From Cystobasidiomycetes sp. EMM_F5 (lineage: Eukaryota), in contig JBPGPT010000057.1 in NCBI GenBank assembly GCA_051047955.1, positions 1 to 63,373 on the forward strand: 63,373 nucleotides of DNA, read 5' to 3'. Positions 38,695-51,146 of the stretch are shown piece by piece. Positions within the stretch are counted from its first letter, which is position 1. Every line of letters begins with the position of its first letter. The notes under the pieces were generated by a model. That model saw only the letters and a list, made by a program, of their open reading frames with translations. It made no database searches and was not told the origin of the DNA. The position numbers and the translations under genes are program-made.

Positions 38695-40233
38695 ATGGCA
38701 ACATCCGCTGCGACAGCGTCAACATCGGGCAGCTCTTTCGCCAGACTAGTGTCGAGAAGCAAGGTCGTGTCGCAATATGACCCATCAATCCCGCTCGTAT
38801 ATACATCTCATGGCGGGTCGCTGAAACGCAGCGACTTTGGATTGAAACGTTCTCTGCCAAAATTGAAGAGTCCAGCTATCAGGGTAACGCACCTCGACTC
38901 GCCAATCACCAAGCTCACAGACTTCAACTATGGCTCACGAGAAATACAATACGTCAAGCGGTGGTCCGAAGCTGGTATCGGTGTCCTTGCGCCGCCTCAG
39001 AGCACAATTACTAGCAACGAAGGAGACCGCAGGCGGGGCGCTTCTGAGGCTCCCGGAGGCTGCACTTGGGATAGGTCTACGTTCCAAGACATAGAAGAGC
39101 TCAAGGCGGTTGCTCAGACTGGCCTGACGAAAAAGGAACGATTGGCTTTGGATCAGTCGAGGAAATCTCAGTCGGCGAGGCCGATAGACTACCTCAGCAT
39201 GTCTCGAGAGGATTTTGAAGACTTCTTGGACATTCTCAAGAAGCATAGATACTCCTACAAAAAATTCGTGAAGGACTCAAAGGCAGACGCCTTCAAAACT
39301 GTCGATGACCCGGACCTTCTGGACGATCTGCGGGCTTGTGTTTCGGTAGCCGAAAGGACAGACGCTGGAAATCGCATCGACGCATTTCTGCTCAAGCTGC
39401 AGGAACGTGGGGCCTTCACGGCTATGGGTAGCACTGATAACACAGCGACTGCCGATCCAATTCAGTCCAAGCCACATATCGGAATGGGCTTGTCCTACGT
39501 TCCGGCTAATCTTTATCAATCAGACGTCACCTCGCGTCCTGTTCCTGGACGTGTGCTAGATGTGCCGAAGATCGGAGCGCTGCGGTCTGGAAGGTCGCAA
39601 CCTACTAGTGTACTCGGTCAAGTATCGCTCGTCAGACAAGATAATCTTGGCGGTGTACAAACCTCTTCGTTCCGACCAGACTCTGACGGCAATCTCAACA
39701 CCAACTACGGCGAAGTCCTCTTGCGCGTTGAGGCTGCTCACCGAGGTCAACTTAGATCCGTCAATACAACACGATTGGGAGATGGCCCTTATGACGAACC
39801 ACTACATGCGCATCGTGCAGAAGATCGAGATACCAGCACGATACTTGATAAGGAGAAGGGGCCATTTGAGATGACATACTATCGCGCGGAACGAGGAATT
39901 GAAATGACACCGTGGCGAGATCCTACACAGCCTATCGGATCCCAGAAGTGGGTTGCGAGTCCAACTGCATCGCGCGATGCCGGCTTTGGAAACAGGTCGA
40001 CTGCAAGCTTGTTTGGCCTTAGTGTCGATTCTACGACGTTTGAGCGATACAATCTGTCACCACCGCGAGCGGACGAGTTTACCACACCCAGTCTACGCAG
40101 TATACCCAGGCGGTCGCAATGGCGTCGGCAACAAGCGGATCCGGATCCTTTTGACTCGGAGACCAAGCTGCATTACGATTCCATTCTGGGTAAGCCTGCA
40201 CCGTCGTACTCTGATTCGCGTGCATACGTCTGA
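38695..40233 (+). CDS. MRP51: Mitochondrial small-subunit ribosomal protein bS1m (Mrp51-like)
   Basis: SFARLVSRSK..YDPSI..VY..RSDFGLKRSLP N-terminal signature and GLSY motif; intronless 512 aa. Confidence 0.75.
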   Translation: MATSAATASTSGSSFARLVSRSKVVSQYDPSIPLVYTSHGGSLKRSDFGLKRSLPKLKSPAIRVTHLDSPITKLTDFNYGSREIQYVKRWSEAGIGVLAPPQSTITSNEGDRRRGASEAPGGCTWDRSTFQDIEELKAVAQTGLTKKERLALDQSRKSQSARPIDYLSMSREDFEDFLDILKKHRYSYKKFVKDSKADAFKTVDDPDLLDDLRACVSVAERTDAGNRIDAFLLKLQERGAFTAMGSTDNTATADPIQSKPHIGMGLSYVPANLYQSDVTSRPVPGRVLDVPKIGALRSGRSQPTSVLGQVSLVRQDNLGGVQTSSFRPDSDGNLNTNYGEVLLRVEAAHRGQLRSVNTTRLGDGPYDEPLHAHRAEDRDTSTILDKEKGPFEMTYYRAERGIEMTPWRDPTQPIGSQKWVASPTASRDAGFGNRSTASLFGLSVDSTTFERYNLSPPRADEFTTPSLRSIPRRSQWRRQQADPDPFDSETKLHYDSILGKPAPSYSDSRAYV

Positions 40234-40538
40234 CTGATTGAGACTTGTCTTACTGGTAGAGTACGTACGACAAATAGGACCAGTAAAGACGCCTGTCCTT
40301 CCTCGAGTGCCCAAACCCAACACAGAAGAAAAGCAGTCTTAATTGTATGTGCATTTTGTGCTTTTGCGACTCGGGAAGCACGTTTGCGTATGCAGGGCAA
40401 CGTCAGTCCTTCAGTGCACCAGTGCATCTCATACGGCCGTGTAGAGCGAGCGATATTGCTGCATATTCATGTCGTAAATGCTACATAAACGTGTTACGCT
40501 AGCTATTGACCGAAGGCGTACTATGCTACGAGATCTGC

Positions 40539-41063
40539 CTAGTTCTTGTCTGCAATTGGTACATTCTGTGGGTTGACACCACTATCAGCTTCTGAGCGAT
40601 TGGCAGGTGAACAATAGATGCCTTACGCCGCCTGTCACCTTCGTGTAGCCGGTTCTGAATAGTGGATCAAATAATCAATTGGTCAGATTGACGGTTCTCG
40701 TCATTAAGACGTTGCTCGCTAACCTGATGCCATCAGAGACCTTCTCCTCCTGGCCACGGTTGAGGCTGTGACCAGTTCGCTGACCAGCAAAGCCTACGCC
40801 CCTTCGAGCAGGTAACATATCAGATATCTGCATGCATGCAGAGCAAGAACTGAAGCTTACTGATCAAGGAAGTCGCCCTTGCCTTGCGCACCGGCTGGCG
40901 CGTTAGGATCGGCAGGCTGCGGGAGACACACACAACCACATATCAGAGCTTTGAAGTCTTTATTCACGAATTATAATCTTACAGCAGCTGCATTGTTGTC
41001 CGTGGTGCCGTGGCTACCGCTGACCTTGTTGGCTACGTTCTTCAAGGTGTCTCCGAGGGTCAT
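40539..41063 (-). CDS. 89-aa five-exon small hydrophilic fungal protein
   Basis: Four GT-AG introns give MTLGDTLKNVANKVSG...DFLDQGVGFAGQRTGHSLNRGQEEKVSDGIRTGYTKVTGGNVPIADKN*. Confidence 0.8.
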
Positions 41064-41413
41064 GGTTGCTGGTTGTTGTTTAATATGGAGAAGCGAGTTT
41101 TGGTTGGTCTATATGAAGCAGATGTAACGAAGGAAGTACGAGGAGCAAAGTACACGTTCCATTTGAAACTGCCCGACTAATTCGCGGGAAGGTCGTTTTG
41201 GCTTTCTGGCAAAGACGCCACCAGAACGTCATCTGCATTTTGCTTGCAAGCCCTAGGCCGCAGTGATGACGAGCAACGACGACATGGTGACGAAGTTGAG
41301 TAATTCTTGATCGTGTAGTTTAGAAATATCATGTAGTTGATACAATCATTCCCTTCCACTACAGCTACATAGACTAAGAGTCGGACCCTGTGCTGCGTAT
41401 AGCATATTGCCCC

Positions 41414-43631
41414 TCATTTAGCCTTTCTTTCGGCGTCTGAGGACACGTACATTCTGTTTACGTAGCTCTTCCACAGTGACTTGCTCTTGGTAAGCTCCTT
41501 TGCCATTGCAAGCCAAGAAGGTATTGTAAGATCATCCAGCCCATATGAGGCGTGCAAAGCTGTTGTCGAGGAATTTGGTTGCATTGGCGTCGGAAGGTAC
41601 AGATGAGATTTAGAAGAGGCATAACTTGTGTACTCAATCAGCCAGTCGGGATTGTCGTGCTTGTCAATAGGCAGGTAGTACTGCGTATATCCCAGCGGAG
41701 ATAGGTAGCGATTACGGCGAGACGGAGAGTCCGCCGAGAAATATCGAGGTAATCGAGGTGCAGGCTTCTTCTTCTTTCTGTGCTTCTTCCGCTTCTTCTT
41801 CATCATGTGAACTGCTGCGTCCTTGGCGGAATTGGTAAAGCCCATGACTGACTGGAAGGCTGCACTGCCCGTTCGCCAGAGCTGACTCCCTAGATCTTCG
41901 GCATTGAGGGAAGTAGACTGCATGACATTGGATTGCGGGACGTACGCGTCCTGTGGGTTCGAGACATTGTAGTTCCATATCCGTATTCCCGGTAGGAAAG
42001 TGGGAATCACGCTCGGAACAGTATGTATAATCATATAATCCTGAAGTTTCATCTTTGATTTGCGCGGAAGACCTTCGTATGTCGAGAGTAGATCTTGGTG
42101 TAAAAACTTTGCAATAGACACGCGTCCGCCCCAAGGCTGCATATGCCGTTCCTTGGACCCGCCCTGTGACCGGACTTGCGCCTTTCCCAACGTTTTGTAG
42201 TCTAGATATGCAAAGTGGTCGACCTGAAGGCACGACTTGAGCGAGAGATTGGCTAAAAGTGGACGACACGCAACTCACGTTAACATGCCCGAATATCTGG
42301 CCGACAATTGTGTCTTGGAAGCTGATGACAATCTCCTTGTATCGATCAAAGCCTGGCGAAAGATGCGGAATGTCAGTCTGCAAACTCAAAAATGCCTGAT
42401 TCATTGCTCACAGCCGGGCCACCAATTGTTCTCTGTAGGCGGTACGTGTCCAGTAAGCCAGACCTGCTTGCCTTGATCTCGCCATCGGTCCAGCTGGACA
42501 GTGAGCCAATCTAGCTGTAATGTTCCCGGATCTGGCGCTTGACCAGGCTTCGTCGGTGGACATCCGTCAACAATCTTATTGTTGTCGACTGTGTGGAGAA
42601 CGTCAGTCTTGGCGTAACGGCTTCTTTGAGGATGCTAATACTAACAGTAATACATGGTGTTTAGCGACACAACCATCAATCCAGGCACGACCTCTCGAGC
42701 AAAGTAGAGGCCGCGTGCTACAGTATGGAAGTCTTCAGGTGGGATGAACTCGGCCCACAGTCTGCAATCGTCCATCAATGACATCATGCGGTTACCATTT
42801 GATTTCGTCATCTTACTTGGCATATTCATTCGTTATGCGATTTGGGCCACCTTCCTGCGATAACGAGTCAGCTTTGACATTAGATCCGCATGGAGGCAGC
42901 TGACAATGTTATTGTGAGCTAGCAAACGTAATTACATCAGCGTGAGACACAGCCCAAGAACGCTCAACACCACATACGATATATATCGTTGTTGCCGAGA
43001 CTTGGGATGACGGGTATGCCTCGGGACTCAAACAAGTCAAACATGCGGTCACTGATATCGATGTTGAGCTTGTAGATCTCATTCAATGATCGTGGGTATG
43101 CAGAGTCGATATCGTGACTGTGGTAGATTCGGAATAAGATTGTAGTTTCGCCAGGTTTGATAGCACGCACCGAGCATTGTCACCAGTCCATACGACAAAG
43201 TCGACCTCGTCCACCCAATTCTTCTCCAGCCATGCGAATGTGTGATTGACGAGTGCAAGCGGTGAATCGCATTCGCTGACGCAAAAACCAGACCGCACGT
43301 CAGCCCAGCACGGCTAGTTGTTCACATTGACCTGATCCTCTTACCTGACGGCTCTCCCTAACCTTGGAGCTCTTTCAGAGTCGTCTTCTGGCTTGAAGTG
43401 ATGGCAGCTGGCTTGTACGCTTGCGTTTGTCTTGTAATAGGGATCTGGATGGATGTCTGTAATGTGCAAGCTGCGCAGAACAAATCCAATATAAGCGCAA
43501 TGTCCTAACGTAATGTCGACGGTTCCGTATTTTTGTATTTACAATCTTCCAGTCAAGGCCTTGGATCTTGCTTGGACAACCGCAGCCAGTGACGGCAGCA
43601 GCGCCAGCCAGAGTCCAGCGACCTTCCGCAT
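41414..43631 (-). CDS. PPN1: Endopolyphosphatase (calcineurin-like metallophosphoesterase)
   Basis: LHITDIHPDPYY, CDSP, WTGDNARHD, SLGNNDIY, GHVPP, FGHVNVD and PSVIPTFLPGIRIWNYN motifs; poly-Lys tract; LSPLGYTQYY. Confidence 0.9.
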
Positions 43632-43898
43632 CCTCAGACGGTCTATGGCATATGGTGCAGCCAGAGTGTTCGCTCAGCCATCCGCGGTGTATCTTGACAG
43701 GTGGACACGACAGAACGTGCGCAGGGCTCAAAAAATAGCATAACTTTACATTGACATTGCATGGAGTGCCCACAACAGCACAAACGACAACAATCTGCAC
43801 TTACTGAACCTGCTCCAGCGACATGCTGCGGCGCGATTCAAGGCGAGCGTTACTCGATATGGATTGCATCTCCACCTGCGCTTGGGCATGCTTTCACG

Positions 43899-46800
43899 TC
43901 ACGCCATGCTGCTGTCTTCCTCCTCACTGCTATCCTCGTATGGATCAGCGGTCCCAGCAATACCCGCAGAAACACTGGCCTTTTTGCGTTTTTTACTGAT
44001 GCACTCGTTCTCATCCTGGGCAGCAACCTGGGAGTACGCCGAGGGTCGCATGCCGTTGATATGATCCTGCTTCTGTCGTCTGGCTGCACTTCCTGGAGTA
44101 GTGCTTGCGCTCTTGCTGCGAGTCATTCGCGCTGGAGTCGATTGACTGGCCTTCATCAATCCGCTTCTAGCCGGCGATACCTCCTCAACAGCCCGCTTGC
44201 GTGATGATCTTGGCGAGAGGATGTTGGATGGCTCATGACGGGACTGAGCATTCACTAGACCACCTCTCTGTGGCATAGACAGTGTGTCCTGCATGACAGG
44301 TCGTCAGCTCAGCATTGATACAATAGGACGCAATTTACAAGGTCCATGCTGTCTCCTTTAATCTCCTCCTGCGTTTCGGGTACAGTCGTGACGGATGGAC
44401 TGACTTCCGGCGGGTTGAAAGCCATGCCGCTATCCCTCAAATTACGGGTGGGAGTCGGGCGGGCGCCATCGATGGCAAAAGCCGTTGCCGTGGAACCGTC
44501 ATTAGACATGAAACGCTCTGTTGCTGAGGGGACCAGAAACGGCTCATGAGCAGGGAGTGAAGGCGTTGCACGTTTGTCTATCGCAACCGTGCGTGCTGCG
44601 GAAGCATCTGTGACATCGCGGCTGCTGCCTGCTTGGAGTGTGAGTGCAGCGTGGCTTGCCGTTTGGTCGTTATCAGCAACATTCGCAGGCAGTGATGGCT
44701 CAGACGCCTTGTCGGATGCATCCATAACACCTGATGCACCTGCCGAGGCAGTAGCGCGCGAAGGTTGTGCATTCGGTGCTAACTGGATTGTTTCCTCGTC
44801 TTTGACTTTGTAAATGGCGTCAAGATCAGCCTCGAGGCCGCCGCCAGCCGTAAAATATCTGGCTGTTATTTCAGATCGGAATGCCATGTCTCTGATACAA
44901 ATGATCAGCTAGCTAGTCGTTACGCGACCCTGAACGCATGAGACCTACTCGTTCGCTACCCATTTACCCGCTCTGGCTCGCTTAGGTGTCTTACCGCTGC
45001 CCTTCTTGTTTGCTGCCTCATTGATGAGCACATTCTCCTCTTGCAGCCGTTCAAACATCTGTTGACGAGTATGGCGGCATGCAACTGCGCGTCGTCCAGC
45101 AAGCTTCAGTCATCCTGTCCGATTCCGACGCAATCGCGCTAGCCGACAAACCTATCTTCACATACGCTTGCGCTGTTCCGCAATTACCTTCCCATGCCCG
45201 CTTGATGCATCGACGAAATAACGCGAGCTGGCTGTATGCCTCCATAGCTACCGATGTATCATCCTGGTAGCATTGAGGACTGAGCCACGTATATTCGTCG
45301 ACCGCGGGCGTACGATGCTTACATGGTATGCCTTGAGTTGGCATTTATAGCTAAAGATCGTGTACACGATAGAACACGATCAGCTGGACATATAGACAAG
45401 CGGCAGCGCTTACCACTCGAAATTTCCCTCCACGTATTGCCCTTCGTGCCTATGCAAGCAATCACGCTGCGATCAGGCAAAGGCGGACTCTAACGCAAGC
45501 GGAACACGCAGTAAGTACACTCACCCGTAGCAGATTAAGTGTGACCATGCTTGACAGGTATCACATGCTACCATTGGGGTCCCTGGCACTCGCAGTCAAT
45601 GTTAGCGTATGCTCTACACAATACTATAATAATCTAGCCTACCATCTTGACGCTCTGCATTGTTCAGACAGACGCAATCGATTTCGTCAACTTCCTGCTG
45701 ACGATCGCGCTGATCGTCATTGTCATCGTCAATGTCATCGTCACTGTCTGGTTTTCGTTTCTTGGAAGACATCTTCCCTTTGCCTTTAATTTTTGGCATC
45801 GATGCTGCCTTGTCGATCTCGTCATGCTGACCTTGCCTCTCTTGGCCTTGCCTCTCTTGTGGAATGCTCGAGTGTCCAACATTATTTTTCGGCCGTTTGG
45901 CTTTAATCTCAGCTTTAGCCCCGCATGTTTGATTTTCAGTGAAGGTTTCGATGGGAGATTCCGCAGATGCCATATCCAATTCCTCGTCACTCTCTACCAC
46001 CGTGATAGGTTTGGCAGTCTTCGCTTTGGAGGACCTAGCTTGGTCTCGTAGGTCCAGGTCCGTTGGTGCTGGAATCAGATTTGGGACGGCTCTGGCAGCT
46101 TCACGGTCGAAAATGCTAGAAACGCCGAACGTAGACGACATCCGGCGTGCGTTTGGCGGAAGCGTCGAAGAGAATGGCAGTATTTGCGTCTGACTGTTGT
46201 CTGGTAGCTGGCTGACGATTTCATCCTCTGCTAGTGAAAACATGTAATCTGCAGGGTTAGGCATTTGTGGATCGCGAACGAGCTGAGTTTGTGTGAATTG
46301 CGATTGAAGATCCAAAACATGAGTCGGTCGGTATTGGGGCGTTTCTTGACTGAAAGAAGGCTCTGGTCTCTGTAAGCACGAAGACTCGATCAGCGAGCAA
46401 CCCAAGGCGTATGTGGCAAGCCATTACTTACACCAGCTGCGTCGAGCTTTTGACTATCGGACATGTACTGCGTTGCCTCATCGTCTGCGACAGTGGCTGG
46501 ATTCGCTCGTGGAAGCTGATACTGAAACGACATGCGCCGCTGATATGCTTTTGGGTGCCCCATCTCCTGCTCGTCATCATGTTGGTCTGCGTTGCTTTGC
46601 GTCAGTGTATCTTGCATCCTTCCTTTGCCTTTATCGACGCGATGACTCTCGTTGGTCCAGTTCTCATCAAGGCCTTCAAGCAACATGCTCTCTGGGCCTT
46701 CCTGGGAATCCATAACCACAACAGAGCCAACTGACTCCGCTCGCAGTTGTGTAAGGATACCATGTTGATCGAGTTGGCCAATCGGTTGACGCTGTGAGGC

Positions 46801-48564
46801 TTTAGCAGCCTTTTCGTTGAGTGTCTCGAACGACGTCTCGGCATTCTCGTCAATCACAAACTCCTCGCTGTCCCATACGACTGGCCGCTGACTGGCCTCG
46901 ACTGCAGGTGCCGCCGGTATTTCTGTTTGTTGGCTGTTCCGAGCAAAGTCTTGGTCCGGGGTGAGATGTGCTACGGTGGCCAGCCGAAGAGTGAGACTAT
47001 AGCATTATCCCGATTAGTGGTAGCTTTAGGCCATAAATTTGACGTGGTCTCACCAGTGATGTCCAGTATCCAGCCGCCCTACGACTTCGCTGTCAGGCTG
47101 CTCTTCCGCAGTCCGCGTTCCGAACGTAAATTGGGCATTCCGAGAGTCTACGCAGTAGAAGTGCGGCTTTGTATGCATGTCAGACTAGAGTATCCTTCAA
47201 CTCGAAGATAGAGTCCTACCGGCTCGTACTCCGGCGGAGTTTCATCCGTGTAATATAGCTTGAATGAAATGTGTCTTGATGCTGTGTCGGGCACCAGCTA
47301 ATCAATAATTCAGTGCCGCGTGTATGTTCAGGACGCACGGGGAAGCTCGTTGAGAGTCTGTGTCACCGTGATGAGCCTGACAATAATAAGGCAAAGTCAG
47401 TACTCAGCGACATGTATTCTCGCTGGTCGAAAGCAGTATGACGCACCTTCTCACCAGAGTCTGCACTTGGCCTCTCACTTTCGCAACCGTCCACTCTTCT
47501 TTTTCGTTACGTGCAGTATATGATGCGCCATCAGCATTCTCACATTCCATACCCGAGATACCAGCAGGACCGGGGTCTGCACCTCCAATCTTGCAGAGGG
47601 ACATGTCACGTAGTGCATCCCGAATCTCTAGCTCTGGAATGCGAACGCTTCCATCTGGTCCAATATTGCGGTAAACAAAGTTGAATCTGCATCAATAGGG
47701 TAGAATTAACAGCATGGGCAAGGGAGATCCACGTCAGTATGGCACATATTATCTGAGAGAAAGCGTGTGTGTACGTATACAGCTCGACAACGTTAGTCGG
47801 ATTTTCCGGATCAAGGTAAATGGCAATCATCTGCAAAGGCAGCGACATTGACAAACGTCAACATGTGTAAGAGCGAAGCAGCCTAATGTTCACCAATGTC
47901 TTGAGGTAGCCTTTCGTCAAGGCGTCATTGATACCATTTTCCTGTCATGTCAGCGATTCAGCAAAGAGGTAGAATTGGATAAAGCGATTCATACGAGGTA
48001 GTCGAGCAGCTCATCGCACGGCGGATGTATACCCCTCTGCAACACTTTGACCCGCACACTAGACTTGCCTTCCTTTCTTGCGCCCGTCAGGCGACTCATG
48101 TCGACTCTGCGGAATGACGACTTTTAAAACGGCAACTTGACTGGCTTGACAGCTATCACACGCACCTGTCATCCTTGAAGCACTTCTCTGGAAATATGCC
48201 ACCTGTAGGCAACATTTTGTAAGGAATCCTTAACGATCAAGCATGCAAGGCGTTCGCAAGCAGACTCACGAAGAAACGTTACGCATCCCAATCCTACTTC
48301 GAGCAATAGCTTCACGACACCCAATGACTCTGTCTGTGTGATCTGACGAGTCGAGTTGCCAGAGTGCGTCTGCGTCTGTGTGGCCGTGGATAGCTGCGTT
48401 TCGGATGCCTTCTGCCGGACTTTTGGGCGTACTGCCTGTCAGACGAGGATGAGTGTGCAGAGTGTGTGTGATGATTAACGGGGAAGTGCGAGTATTAGAA
48501 TGTTTGTCATCAGGTTTACGCTCCAACCAGGAAAGGTTGACACGAGTAGCCAGACCTGTAGCAT
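43899..48564 (-). CDS. HOP1: Meiotic chromosome axis protein Hop1 (HORMA + PHD finger)
   Basis: ITQTESLGVVKLLLEVGLGCVTFLRGIFPEKCF, NVVELYTY and KLYYTDETPPEYEP (HORMA). Spliced PHD reads DCVC..MVACDTCQAWSHLICYG..FECYKC. Confidence 0.9.
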
Positions 48565-48945
48565 CTTTCCAGAGTACTCTGTGCTGTGCTACACAGGCTC
48601 AGCAAGTGTCGTTATATCCGTTTCGACATGCTCAGTGCCCTCAGCCAACACTCTGAATTGGAGGTAAACAAAGAGACTCTATCGCGCGTCATGAAAGGGG
48701 AGGTACAGTGGTGGCAAAGTCAGGGTGGGGAGCAGAGGAAGGTGAGCACAGACAATACAGAAGCAAGCAAGCAGAATGGAGTGTATCGTGATTAATCTCT
48801 TTTTTCGTGTGCGATTTTCCGCAATGAGGGCAAATGACAAGTATTTGTCAAGTTTTTGTAGAGGGGCGAGGCATGCAAGCAAACCTAAGCTTTCAGACTG
48901 TTATCGTCCTTTTCCTATCCTTCTACCAGCCTGTTCTTTGCGCTT

Positions 48946-49899
48946 CTAGTAGTTGTTGAACGACTCCTCAGTGACGGCTTCAGTGGCACGCTCTGCAGAG
49001 ATACGGAAAGTGCAAGAAGACGGATAGATCAGCATTGCCATTTGACTGTATACCACCATCGGCAGCAAAGGTCAACGTACTCTTTGCGGCGTGCTTGGCT
49101 GCGAATCGAGACAAAAGCAAAACACGACACCAGCTCAGCCAAGACGGCACGAATCAGAGCAATCGGTGAAGGGCAGGCTCACCCTTCTCTCGGTCAAGGA
49201 AGTTCAAGCCATGAGTCTCGAAGAGCTTGTCTGCCTCTGCAGCTGCAAATCCAGCAAGCAGGTCCTTTGCCATGGTGTGGTTCTCTACCTTGCCATTCTC
49301 CTGCTCGTACTGCTGGTACTTGCTGTGACGACAAAAGGGCATACATCAGATGGCTGTCCCGTATGACTGGGTGATGATTGCTCACCGCTCAGCCTCGAAT
49401 GCAGCGGCGCCTACATTATGTGGAGGGCGTCTCAGCGAATGAGCGGAGTTTTAAAATACAATAGTCAATACTCACCAGCAAGGAGCTCGTGACTGCCATC
49501 ACGTCAATACAACAAGCACAAGAATCAGCAAGTCAACCAATTCCAGACAAGCCAATGACAGCTCACGAGAATTTGCTCTTGTGTTCCTGTCATACAGACG
49601 AAAACATTCAGCCGGTTTGAATTACAAGATGTGCATGTCCACTAACCTCTGGAGGAGTGTTGTTGACTGTCTCCCATGCACTATTAGCAGCAGGATTGAG
49701 CGTGAGCAACGACTCCAAGAGCAACTCAGACTGCACTCACTCGCGCTCGTCGTTTCCAAAGACTGGGTGTATAAACAAGCAGAGTGAACACACATACATT
49801 CCACGACAAGACGAGGGCAACTTGTCAGACACTGACGACCCAAGCGGGACAAGGACGGAGAGAAACGTGTGCTCGAGGTGGAGACTACTCACATCCCAT
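48946..49899 (-). CDS. CipC-like (DUF3759) small protein, copy 1, 9 exons, 109 aa
   Basis: Splices to MGFFGNDERDAWETVNNTPPEEHKSKFSHELLAGAAAFEAERKYQQYEQENGK..MAKDLLAGFAAAEADKLFETHGLNFLDREKAKH. Confidence 0.88.
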
Positions 49900-50281
49900 G
49901 TTTGCAAGTGTTGTGGTTGTTGGCTGTTGTAGTCTGCAGTGCAATTGGAGAGAGCAGAGCCAACCCGCGTCCCAACTCGCACGCACCGCCCACTTAGTCC
50001 GCAAACTCCCGTCACGTCGTCGTCACCTCAGTGCGCGGTAGACTATTTTTAGGAGTTGCCAGGCACAGGGTCCAGCAACGCGGAGGGTCAAAGCGACATT
50101 CGAGAACATTGCAAGTTATAGGAGGGCCGTTGTTGGCAATCAGTATCGCAGAAGGATACAACGACTATCAAGGCGCGTCTCAATTACGTTGACAATTCTC
50201 TTTTGTGCCTCATCCATACGCTCAAGCGTGTCAACGGGGAATATATCCCGGCTGTTGCTCGATGTACTATCTCGCATCACT

Positions 50282-51146
50282 TCACTGGTACTGCTGGTCG
50301 ACAGCATTGTTGGCGAGATCTGTTGGAGGCTCACACCTCAGCTCTATCCAGTCACACAGCAAACTCAGAAACTCACCCTGTGCCTGTCGTTTGGCTGCGC
50401 ATTCACAAACACGAGCATATTCGTCAATCATCATATTCGTATCTCACACAGCAACAACATAATCCCCACTCACCCTTCTCGCGATCAAGGAAGTCGAGAC
50501 CATGGGTCTCAAACAGCTTGTCAGACTCTCCGCCTGCAAACCCAGCAAGGAGATCCTTGGCCATCTGATGATCTTCCACTTTACCATTCTGCTCTTCGTA
50601 CTGTTGGAACTTGCTGAATGTATACAGGGTAGCCCGTCAGGACGTGTCGTGAATGAGACGGGTCCGACGACAGACATACCGCTCGGCTTCGAAGGCAGCG
50701 GCACCTATGAGAATTACGTAAACGTCAGCATGTACCGCAAAATATGGCGCAAGTATTGGAATAGCGCACCAGCAATCAGCTCGTGGCTGTAGACAGAAAA
50801 GAATCGTTTGTCAGTTGAAATGCAGAGGAAATAACCGCATACAATGGGAGCATACGAGAACTTGGACTGGTGCTCCTGCAAGATGGATGAATGGATCCAT
50901 GTCAGTGTTTTGTCGGACAGAGCATGTGTAACCGGTCGTGCACGTACCTCTTGCGGAGTATTATTGACGGTGTCGTAAGCACTACAAATCGCATAGCATT
51001 AGCATTGGAATTTCAGTGTATCCATATAGATGACACCAAACCCACTCTTGCTCGTTGCCGCCAAAGACTGAGTCGAGATGGAGAAGCGTGTTCGCGTGTC
51101 AGGCACAGAGGAGTTGGGAAACAGACATCGAGGACTCACAACCCAT
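50282..51146 (-). CDS. CipC-like (DUF3759) small protein, copy 2, 9 exons
   Basis: Splices to MGFFGGNEQDAYDTVNNTPQEEHQSKFSHELIAGAAAFEAERKFQQYEEQNGK..MAKDLLAGFAGGESDKLFETHGLDFLDREKAKRQAQ. Confidence 0.88.
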
